Assembly: GCA_024137785.1 (NCBI GenBank)
Contig: JAHRHZ010000095.1
Location: 1,645,851-1,709,850 of the forward strand
Reading direction: 5' to 3'
Length of the DNA: 64,000 bases
Origin: Ginglymostoma cirratum
Taxonomy: Eukaryota
Both the position numbers and the translations under genes were made by a program. Positions 27,401 to 39,400 of this stretch are shown in pieces (within the stretch, counting starts at the first letter, position 1; the number at the start of each line of letters is the position of its first letter). Under the pieces are notes generated by a model. It had not been told where the DNA came from, did no database searches, and saw only the letters and a program-made list of their open reading frames with translations.

Positions 27401-30400
27401 TCACGTAAAATCATTTCACTTAAGATTGCAATTTTCAGGAATACAAACTATTTTTAAGTGAGGACTTCCAGCTATATCATTACCTCTTCCATGTTAATTA
27501 CAAGGGAAATGAAATATAACAGTACAGATCATTTGCTACACTTATACAGGGCTTTGGTGAAACTGTATTGTATACAGTTTGTGTCTCCTTATTTAAGTAA
27601 GGACATAGTTGCATTAGGAGCAGTTCAGAGAGTGTTCACTCAACTAATTTCTGTGATGAGGGTCTACCTTATGAGAAATGATTAAATGGGTTAAGCCTGT
27701 ATCCATTGGAGTTCATAAGGATGAGAGGTAATCTTATTGAAACATAAAAGGTGAGGAGATTTGATAGGGCATATGCTGAAAGAGTGTTTCCCCTTCTGGG
27801 ACAGACTAAAACTAAGGGACGTAGTTTATAAATAAGGGGTTTCTCATTTAAAATGGAGATGAGAAGAATTTTTTTCCCCCTGAGGATTGGGAGTCCATGG
27901 AACTTTCTGCCCTAAAAGAAGTGGGTTGGTTGAATATTTTTAAAGCAGATAGATTCTTGGCGAACACAAGATTCAAAGGCTATAGAGGATAGGCAGGAAA
28001 GGGCATGTTGAGGCCATAATCAGATCAGCCTTGATCTTATTCAGTATCGGAGCAGGCTTGAGGAACCAAATGGCCTGTTCCTGTTGCTAATGTATAAGCT
28101 TGTGTTAATATTTATATATATATCAGAAATTAATGATGCATTTCCAAAATGAAATTGAATCAGCTTTGACCACAATAAACTGTTAAAAGAAAGTTGACTG
28201 CTGTATTATTGTAAGAGGAAAAACTATTACTAATCTGTTCAACAAAATATAATCAACCGGAACAACTAGTTAAGAGAACCGTTGGTTACTAAAATCGTCC
28301 TTGCCCTGTTACATGCTAATTAAGCAATATATATATTTCTTACAAGTTTATTGTTTATGAGTATAAGATCGTGTAGTGCTTTAAGTGCAAAGTACTTCTA
28401 AACTTTTCAGTTCTCTTAAGGAACCATCAATCATTGCAATGACCTCCTCCACATCTGCCCCACCCACCCATATATAGTTTTGTACTAATGAAATGGATCA
28501 GTTTGGTATTCTAATGTATTCTTTCTTGTGCTATTAATTTAGGTGCTCCAGGAGGTATAACAGGTACAATAATTTGTTCTTGATTTACTAGACTTATGTT
28601 ATGATTATTGATCAGTTATTACCATTTCACCAAACATCATATTCTAGTTGGTGAGATCAATCATTGTAAATCTCCAGTGAGTATGTAGCCTTAAGTATAC
28701 CAGGCAGTTTCATCTTTGAACAAAGAAGTTTTAGATTTGTTGGGAATGCACAGGCCACAATGGGCCAATTGGTCTCTCTCTTTATTTTGATTTTATGGGA
28801 CTGAAATTCCTGGATGTTGGAGAAGATAAAAAGTCTGTTATTTATGACAAAAAGAAGTGAAATTTGGTATGGAACATTATATTAGGAGTTTTATCACTGA
28901 CGGTAAAATCATGAACAATAAAATTGAAATAGAACAACTGATTAATGTTTTAGATAGAACCCGGATATAATTTATAAAATATTATTGCAACATTTTCTTT
29001 TACATCTGTTGTACTTGCTGGTAACCTTGCTAACCATTTCCATCACCTTCTGCTTGGTTTCAAATTTCTAGTATTTTTGCTTTTTTTCATATAATACCTA
29101 ATAAATCTTACTTTTCTGACTATTACTGTGTACTTAGCAATGAAATTCAGTATTTTCAGAAACATGATCCTATGGCATACTTGCTGCACAGAACTGCAGT
29201 GTGAGAAGCCTCTATCCAGTATCCAGGCTGTGGCTCAGTGGATGTAACTGCATCTGGTGGTTGGGTTCAGAGCGAAGGAATAGGAATAAAAACAGAGTTC
29301 TTCAAATATGTGGAGACAGTATTAAAAATCTAACTATCTTTCTCCTAAACTATAATTAAAAGAATGGGCCTGTCTGCTGTGCAATTCATTAATCCACTAG
29401 TGAAACATCGGAAGGGAAAAAGTTGGTATATCATATGGCACATAAAATTTTTAGCGTATGATAAATGTTTTAACGAAATGGATAGGTCTTGATGGAATGT
29501 GTAACTAGACATAACTGGAAAAATAGTAAATGTATAATAGAGACACGAGGTATGAAGAATGAATTTTAAAGCTAAATAGCACAGTCTAAAGAATCTTCAT
29601 TTTAAACTATTGTATAATTTTAAGTCTAATTATTACCAGATTACTGTTGGAATGTTTCTTTGTAAGTAAAATCCAGTAATTAAATACTAATGAATGGTAT
29701 GTTTTACTTTTTATTTGTGTCTTTCTGCTTTTCAAATGGAATATTCCCACAATTTCTTGAATTCATTCAGTTTGTTCAATCTTTATTTAGCTGTATAATC
29801 AATAGTGTGAGGTGAGGTTTGCCTGGGAATGGGGGTAGCAAGTAAAAGCATGATGGTCGAACATTGCTACTATAAGCTAATAGTTGTCAGATATTGTATG
29901 CTCTCATTCTGCCAAGCCACCTCATATGTTGCTGTTTTGGAAAATAAAAGCCCTTTTGGGCACAAGCAAAAGCACGTGATTACATTTCACTCAGTTCCTT
30001 CGTGATTTAGCCTTCTCCAGCAGTGAAAATCAGTCACCATTTACCAACCATTGTGCTGCCATTTGGATAACAGTGCATAAGCGAAGACATCCATAAGACA
30101 GGCACTGAAACCATGCATAAGAATATGTATTGTTAAAATCACTGTAGGGACTGATAACTTTTAAAAAGATACCTGAATTTCCAATGGCCAGTTCAAAGGA
30201 ATCACATGATATGGTGTTGTGTGACTTTTGACTTTACCCACCCCAGTCCAACACGGCACTTCCACATCATAACATTTGATACATTCAGCAAATTCCACCT
30301 GAATATCAGAGATAAAAGGTACTGCAGATGCTGGAGAATCCGAGATAACAAGCATGGGTCTGGATGAACACAGCAGGTCAAGCAGCATCATAGGAGCAGG

Positions 30401-33400
30401 AAAACTTGACGTTTCGGGCCTAAACCCTTCATCAGAAATGGGGGAGGGGAAGAGGGTTCTGAAATAAATAGGGAGAGGGGGGAGGCGAATAGAGGATGGA
30501 TAGAGGAGAGGATAGGTGGAGAGGAGGCAGACAAGTCGAAGAGGCGGGGATGGAGCCAGTAAAGGTGAGTGTAGGTAGGGGGGTAGGGAGGAGATAGGTC
30601 AGTCCAGGGAGGACGGACAGGTCAAGGGGGCGGGATGATGCCATTGGGCTGCAGGGTTCCCAGGCTGAATATGATTTGCTGTTCCTGCAGCCTTCGGGTG
30701 GCATCACTGTGGCATTGCAGGAGGCCAAGGATGGACATGTCATCTGAGGAATGGGAGGGGGAGTTGAAATGGTTCGCGACTGGGAGGTGCAGTTGTTTGT
30801 TGCGAACTGAGCGCAGGTGTTCTGCAAAGCGGTCCCCAAGCCTCCGCTTGGTTTCCCCGATGTAGAGGAAGCCACAACGGGTACAGCGGATGCAGTATAC
30901 CACATTGGCAGATGTGCATCCGCCATCCCCTCTCTCCCTATTTATTTCAGAACCCTCTTCCCCTCCCCCATTTCTGATGAAGGGTTTAGGCCCGAAACGT
31001 CAAGTTTTCCTGCTCCTATGATGCTACTTGACCTGCTGTGTTCATCCAGCCCCATGCTTGTTATCCCTTCCACCTGAATATGTTGTTTTTTACCTAAGTG
31101 AGTGACCACTTTGGACAAAATTTAACCATTACAAATCCCCCAGTCCAGTACACTCATACAACTTACCATTCCAGTCATAGGCAGTGTTTAAATGAGCCAA
31201 CTCAATGTCTTTGTGTCTTTAATACAGGTGCTGAAGGAGCTGTTCAGCCTGGAGTTCCGGGAGGTAAGGACATTGGTAAGTTAAAGTCAGCACAGTTGTA
31301 CCTCATTAGAAAGAGATGACTGGTAGTGGTTTAACCTGAGGAAAAGTGAGAAGTTAAGAAGGGGAGTCCTTCATGGTAACCTCACTAGAGTGTGAATTGA
31401 ACTCATGCTGTTGGCATCATTCTGCATTGCCACCAAGCCAACTGAACTTTCAGTAACAGGTCGACAAGAACATCCAGGTCCCTCTGGACATCAACATTTT
31501 TCATTCTATCACCATGTAATATTACTCTGCTATTTTGTTATGCCTGCCAAAATCAAGAACTTCACACATATCCCCAGTAAATTTGTCAAACACAATTTTC
31601 CATTGATACATCCATGTTGAATTTGCATTATCCTATTGGTATTTTCTAAGTGCCTGTTATCAAAGAACAAAGAACAAAGAAAATTACAGCACAGGAACAG
31701 GCCCTTCGGCCCTCCAAGCTTGCGCTAATCCAGATCCTCTATCTAAACCTGTCGCCTATTTTCCAAGGATCTGTATCCCTCTGCTCCCTGCCCATTCATG
31801 TATCTGTCTAGATACATCTTAAATGACGCTATCGTGCCCGCCTCTACCGCCTCCGCTGGCAACGCGTTCCAGGCAACCACCACCCTCTGCGTAAAGAACT
31901 TTCCACGCATATCTTCCTTAAACTTTTCCCGTCTCACCTTGAAATCTTGACCCCTAGTAATTGAGTCCCCCATTCTGGGAAAAAGCTTCTTGCTATCCAC
32001 CCTGTCTATACATCTCATGATTTTGTAGACCTCAGTCACGTCCCCCCTCAACCTCCGTCTTTCTAATGTAAATAATCCTAATCTACTCGACCTCTCTTCA
32101 TAGTTAGTACCCTCCATATCTGGCAACATCCTGGCGAACCTCCTCTGCACCCTCTCCAAAGCATCCGCATCCTTTTGGTAATGTGGCAACCAGAACTGTA
32201 GGTAGTATTCCAAATGTGGTCGAACCAAAGTCCTATACAGCTGTAACATGACCTGCCAACTCTTGTACTCAATACCCTGTCCAATGAATGAAAGCATGCC
32301 GTATGCCTTCTTGACCACTCTATTGACCTGCATTGCCACTTTCAGGGTACAATGGACCTGAACACCCAGATCTCTCTGTGCATCAATTTTCCTCAGGGCT
32401 TTTCCATTTACTGTATAGTTCGCTCTTGAATTGGATCTTCCAAAATGCATCACCTCGCATTTGCCTGGATTGAAGTCCATCTGCCATTTCTCCACCCATC
32501 TCTCCAATCTATCTATATTCTGCTGCATTCTCCGACAGTCCCCTTCACTATCTGCTACTCCACCAATCTTAGTGTCATCTGCAAACTTGCTAATCAGACC
32601 GTCTGTACCTTCCTCCAGATCATTTATGTATATCACAAATAACAGTCATCCCAACACAGATCCCTGTGAAACACCACTGGTCACAGTTCTCCATTTTGAG
32701 AAACTCCCTTCCACTACAACTGTCTGTCTGCTGTTGGCCAGCCAGTTCTCTATCCATCTAGCTAGTACACCCTGGACCCCATGCGACTTCACTTTCTCCG
32801 TCAGCCTACCATGGGGAACCTTATCAAAGGCCTTACTGAAGTCCATGTAAATGACATCCACAGCCTTTCCCTCATCTGTCGACTTTGTCACTTCCTCAAA
32901 GAATTCTATCAAGTTGGTAAGACATGACCTTCTCTGACATGACCTTCCCTGCACAAAACCATGCTGCCTATCACTAATAAGCCCATTTTCTTCCAAATGT
33001 AAATAGATCCTATCCCTCAGTATCTTCTCCAGCAGCTTCCCCACCACTGACGTCAGGCTCACCAGTCTATAATTCCTTGGATTATCCTTGCTACCCTTCT
33101 TAAACATGGGGGCAACATTAGCAATTCTCCAGTCCTCCGGGACCTCACCCGTGCTCAAGGATGCTGCAAAGATATCTGTTAAGGCCCCAGCTATTTCCTG
33201 TCTCGCTTCTCCCAGTAACCTGGGATAGATCCCATACGGACCTGGGGACTTGTCCACCCTAATGCCTTTTAGAATACCCAACACTTCCCCCCTCCTTATG
33301 CCATCTTGACCTAGAGTAATCAAACATCTATCCCTAACCTCAACATACGTTATGTCCCTCTCCTCATTGAATACCGACGCAAAGTACTCATTAAGAATCT

Positions 33401-36400
33401 CACTCATTTTCTCTGACTCCTCGTGTAACTTCCCTCCTTTGTCCTTGAGTGGGCCAACCCTTTCTCTGGTTACCCTCTTGCTCCTTATGTACGAATAAAA
33501 GGCTTTGGGATTTTCCTTAACCCTGTTTGCTAAAGATATTTCATGACCCTTTTTAGCCCTCTTAATTCCTCCTTTCAGATTGGTCCTACTTTCCCGATAT
33601 TCTTCCAAAGCTTCGTCTGTTTTCAGTCGCCTAGACCTTATGTAAGCTTCCTTTTTCCTCTTTGCTAGTTTCTCAATTTTGCCTGCATTCCATGGCTCCC
33701 TAATCTTGCCCTTCCTGTCCCTCATTTTCAAAGGGACATGTCTGTCCTGCACTCTAATCAACCTCTCTTTAAAAGCCTCCCACATATCAAATGTGGATTT
33801 ACCCTCAAACAGCTGCTCCCAATCCACATTCCCCAGCTCCTGCAGAATTTTGCTATAGTTGGCCTTCCCCCACTTCAGCACTCTTCCTTTCGGACCACTC
33901 TCGTCTTTGTCCATCAGTATTCTAAAACTTACACATCCTTTACATCCTATCACATCCTTTACTTCTTTACATTTCCCTACTGCCGGCAGATAACCTGATT
34001 GTAAGTCCAGGTTTTCTTTCTCCGTACTTTTTTAATGAGTGGTATTAAATTGCTACTGTCCAATCTGCTGGGACTGTTCCAGAGCCATATGCTGTCATGT
34101 CTTTCCAAAATTAATGTTAAGTTAAGTGAGATGCGGTGAGAGTGACAGCCCTTGACATCAAGGCTGCATTTGATTGAGTGTGGCATCAAGGTGCCCTAGC
34201 AAAACCAGAATCAATGGGTATCAGAGGGCAAACTCTCCACAGGTTGGATTCATACCTGGCACATAGGAAAATGGTCATAGTTGTTGAAGGTCAGTCATCT
34301 CAGCTCCAGAACACCTCTGCAGGAGTTCCTCAGGGTGGTGTCCTAAGCCCAACCATCTTCAGCTGATTTGTCAATGACTTTCCCTCCATTATAATGTCAG
34401 AAGTAAGGATATTCGCTAATGATTGCACAATGTTTGGCACCATTTGCAACTTCTCAGATACTGAAGCAGTCCATGTTCAAATGCGACAGGATCTGGACAA
34501 TATCCAAGCTTGGGCTGATAAGTGGCAAGTAAAATTCGTGCCACGCAATGCCAGGCTGTAACCATCACCAATAACAGACAATCTAACCACCACCCTTAAT
34601 ATTCAGTGGTGTTTCCATCACTGTATCTCCCACTGTCAACATCCTGGGGGTTATCATTGACCAGAAACTCAACTGGACTCGCCACATAAAAGCAGTGGCT
34701 ACAAGAGCAGGTCAGAGGCTAGGAATGCTGTGGCCAGTAACTCACCTCCTGACTTCCCAAAGCCTGCCTATCATCTACAAGGCACAAGTCAGGAGTGTGA
34801 TGGAATGCTTCCCACTTGCGTGGATGAGTGCAGCTCCAACAACACTCAAGAAGCTTGACACCGTCCAGGACAAAGCAGCCTGCTTGAGTGGCACTACATC
34901 TACAATCATCCATTCCCTCCACCACCGAAGTGTATAATGCTGCTACTGAGCTGTCTATAAGATGCGCTGCAAAAATTCACCAAAGATCCTCAGATAGCAT
35001 CTTCCAACCCACGACCATTTCCATCTAGAAGGACAAGGGCAGCAGATACATGAGAACACTGCCACCTTCAATTTCCCCTCCAAGTCACTCATTATGCTGA
35101 CTTGAAAATATAATGCCATTCCTTTGCTATCGCTGGATCAAAATCCTGGAATTCCTTCCCTAATGGCATTGTGGGTCAACTCATAGCAGGTAGACTTCAG
35201 TGGTTCAAGAACAGAACTCATCACCACCTTCTCAAGGGCACCTACGGTTGGGCAATAAATACTGGCCAGCCAGTGATTCCCACATACCACAAAAATGAAT
35301 TGTAAAAAAGTGCATTTTTAAAGTTAATATATTTTGATACTTTAATACATTTGGATAACCTAATCAAAAGCCAAATAGAATAAAACATATTTTTCATTAA
35401 TTGCATTAATGTTCTTTCTTTACCGCAGAATCCAAAACTGTTTCACTGCTGAAGGAGGCCATTGTGTCTTCAAATGAGCATCTTGGTCTCAATCCTCTGC
35501 CTTCTTCTCATAGCTCTTCACATTGTTACTTTTCAAATAACTATCTAATTTTGCTTTTGAATGCCTAAATTAAACCTGCCTGCACCACCCAGCATTACAT
35601 TCCAGAACCTAATTGCTCACTGCGTGGAAACATTTTTTGCTCATATCACTTTCACTTTCACTAATTACTTCAAATTTGTGCCCTATCATTCTTGTTCTTT
35701 TCATGAGAGGGAGCAATTTCTCCAAATTTAATCTGCCTAGACCTCTTTTGATTCTGAATACTTCAAAACAGATCTTCTCTTCTCCAAGGAAAACAATCCC
35801 AGCTTCTTCAATCTGTCCTCATAACTAAATTTCTCAACTCTGGAATATTTGCTTCAGTCGGTAATTGATATGTCATCTCCAGATTTTTCTTTTATTAATT
35901 TCAGACTATGGGACAGCCTGAAGTGCTTTCTAGCAATTATTTACTTTTTGGAGTGGCATTACTGTTGCTATGTTGATGACCGCAGGAACAAATTGGCATT
36001 AGGAACTAGTCATGCATATAGCAAATACTATAGAGAGTAAAACAATTCTACTGGTTATTCAAGAGTTGAACAAGGTAATTAGGAAAGTTCCTTACCCTTG
36101 GTGGATAGTGCCTTAGAAGCACCCTGTCCCACAGAGTTTGGCTTTAAGTTTAACATCTCATCCAGTAGATATGATATCTAACAATCCAGCACTGCCTCCA
36201 ACTTGCATGGAAGGAGACTAGTTAGGACGAATAACAGCTCACCTTGAGGTGTTGAAATGAACGTCTAGAATTAAAAAGTGAACATGGATCAAGGTTCACA
36301 TTATTCGTATCGCTGTCAAACACTGTTGGCCAAAAACCCCTTAACTTGCACTATTTTGTAAATAAATCATTTACTGTTTCTAATTATTAAATTCTTGTTA

Positions 36401-39400
36401 TCTTAATATAGGTGTTGGAGTAGGAGTGCAGCGGGGCGCTGGAGTAGGTGTGAAGCCAGGCGCTGGAGTTGTTCAACCTGGTATTGGAGTTGGTAATTTG
36501 CTGTCTTCTGAAAGATATTTTGCTCCATTTTACTTTGTTTATAGCCGATGTAATTCTGTTCTGCGCTATTTCTGTATGTGGTGTTACCACGTTATGCAAT
36601 GAAATGTCACAACTAACTGAACATTGCTACAATCATAGAATACCAGAGTCTCTTGATAATTTCATAGTTACAATTTTTTAGATGAGCATTTGCCCAATAG
36701 AGTTCAGAAATTGATCTGAGTAATTTTTGTTATTGTGGAATGTTTCTGACTCATATTTCCCAGGAATGCTGTGCGGTTGTAATCTTCCGTATTTCATGAT
36801 CAATGACATTTTTGTCATATCTATGTAGAGACAGACTTAGCTGTATTATTACAATAAATTTACTTTTCCATTTCATTCTAGGCGGAGCTGCTGCATCTAA
36901 AGCTGCCAAATATGGAGGTAAAACTACAGTTGCTAACATATATTCACTGGTCAATGTAATGATCAAATTATTATCCTTGAAGATCAAGGTAAAGCCAATT
37001 AAATGTGAAAGAGAAAAGAATTTAAATGGTGAATGTAATGGCTATGTGAGACGCATTTCCACATTAGTAACCTATACTCTGATCATTCTTGCAACATCAA
37101 AACAAAGCAAAGCTTGTGGATGCTGACAATCTGAAATTCACGAGAACAAAAAATGTTGGAGAAACTCAGCAAGTCTGGCAGCATATGTGATCTGCTTAGT
37201 TTCTCCAACAGTTTTTGTTTTCATATATTTCAGATCGCCAGCATCCACAATGTTTTGTTTTGATGTTGCAAATCTGGCAGCATATGTGATCTGCTAAGTT
37301 TCTTCAACCATTTCAGTTTTTGTGTCTTGCAATGTCAAAGTCGGTCAGATGATCTGGTGCAACCGTTAAATTGAAGCAGAAAACACCATCAAGTACTCAA
37401 TGATGTGTTTTGAAGCTTTTAGCATATTTTTTCTTTTATTTTGAAAACTGATTCTTACTAGTAACCAATTTATAAATAAATTGTTATGCTAGTTTAGTGA
37501 TTGTCAAGACACCAGAAAGCCTCATCCTTTGGATAATGTAATATCTTCTTAGATAGCTTTAATAAACCTACTCAGGCATGTTATGACACTCATCTGGAGC
37601 AGGTGGGACTTAACTCTGGGCCAGGAGGTTTAGGTTTAAGAGCACTACCACTGCACCTAATATTCCCAGTTGGTCTCCCATCCAAGCACTAACAAGGCAT
37701 AGGTCTGCTTAGTTTTTGAGATTAGGCTTTTTTAGACTAGTATGGCCATCAGTTTATTGCAGCTTTTCAGATCAATGATAACAGACAGATTGCCTCATCA
37801 AAAAGACAGCAGCTCTGAAAAATGCTGCATTTTTCCATCCCACATCTAAGAATAATACTTAGTAGCATAAGATCTTAGTTTAAACGTTGAAGTGCTGGAA
37901 TTAAAAAGGCAGCAGATTTCCTGGGGCAATTTTATTTCACTGTGTGCCACAATAGACCAAAAAAACCTTAATTTTTTTTTGCTTTAATGTTCTAAAATAA
38001 CAAGTCACTATTTTGGAATATCACATTCTTTTTTGATCTCAATGTAGGTCTTGGAGTGGGTGTGCAGCCTGGCGTTGGAGTGGGTGTGCAGCCTGGCGTT
38101 GGAGTGGGTGTGCAACCTGGCGTTGGAGTGGGTGTGCAACCTGGTGTTGGAGTGGGTGTCCCGGCTGGCATCGGAGTAGGTAAATTACTGTCTTTTGGAT
38201 GACATTGTTCTCCATTCTATTTTACAAAGAGTATATAACTCTACTTCATCCCAATTCTGTGCAAATGGAGATATCTGACTCACTTTGAAATTAATATCAA
38301 AAGCGAAAGAAAAAAGCAACAGCTGGATGCATTCATCAAGGACATTGTATGAAGAGTTATTGGATTGCCAAGAGAGTGTGCAAGTTTTCTGAATGGCTGA
38401 GATTGTACATTCTAGCAATGTCAGCCTGTGATATACCTGTCAACCAAAATTAATTGGATGGACATCATTGGTTATTGTCTGTATGGCCAAAAAATACAGT
38501 AACAGGACTATGATATCATTTATAATGGCACTCAGGGAGTTATCACACATTTAGCACAATCATTCAATGTTACTTAAAACTAAATGATCTATGTCTTCTG
38601 CAGTTAAGCAATTTAGGCACTTCCATCAACGATTAATACTTGAAGTGCCAGCATTGGACTTTGTTTTGGCATTGCTCTAGTCACCATTCACATGGGAAAA
38701 CTTTTCTGCAACTCATGCCAGTATCTTTTCCTTCTCTTTAACTTCAGTTAGACTTTCTATGGTTCTAGGCAAAGCAATAAATTTAGTTACTCCACCTAAA
38801 TCATTACCTAGAAGTAAGTCAATTCCATCCACAGGTAACTTCTGAAAATTCCTACTACCAGTGTTTCAGATGGTAGGTCACATTCTGTGTGAACTTTGTA
38901 CATAGAAACAGGTAAGTATTTTCCACCTACCCTGTTTATTAAAACATTCAATTTTTATTAAAACTGCTTTCAAATCAGTCTCTCGGAAGGAGAAATAAAG
39001 CCCTTCTCTTGCAAAACTGATGCATAACTTCTGTATCCCTTAATGTAGTTTTGGCTTTAGCTGTATCATTTGAATAAAGGATTACTTTGCCTTTCATCAA
39101 AAATCTATTATATCACTCTCCTATCCTTCACCCCTCCTGCACTCAGCGGTATTTAACTTCGGTTTCACAGTTGCAGTCAAAGCTACGATTTGGTCCGTGG
39201 TACTTACCTTGTGAGTTCCCTTTTCAGATTCTCACTTATGAAACACAGTCAGTCTTACGTGCATTTGTTGCAACTTCCAGCATTTTGAATGAAAATGTTC
39301 TACTTTGTGACAATGGAAACAATTAAGCAAATGATTCTCTGAGCCCTTACTTTCTCGTCTCAGCATGAAATCCCGGAGCATTCCCAGCTGTTTCTTCTCT

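Larger units (their letters stand above)
30307..31067 (-). mobile_element. Young Penelope-like insertion: GIY-YIG fragment, inverted terminal repeats, 14-bp flanking duplication
   Basis: ORF 30622..30903 [28 protein letters not shown]; arms about 30345-30480 and 30925-31065; ttccacctgaatat at 30293-30306 and 31068-31081. Confidence 0.92.

Noticed and set aside
36803-37126. 107-aa ORF as an independent gene
   Set aside because: Read-through of intron around exon H; only the 36-nt exon is meaningful. The same applies to ORF 31098..31319 around exon F.
37661-37748. Functional 5S rRNA gene
   Set aside because: Truncated, has an internal deletion and many substitutions, and is not in a tandem array.
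38048-38179. Regular 24-nt repeats as a CRISPR array
   Set aside because: No unique spacers, no cas genes, vertebrate context, and variation is mostly synonymous.
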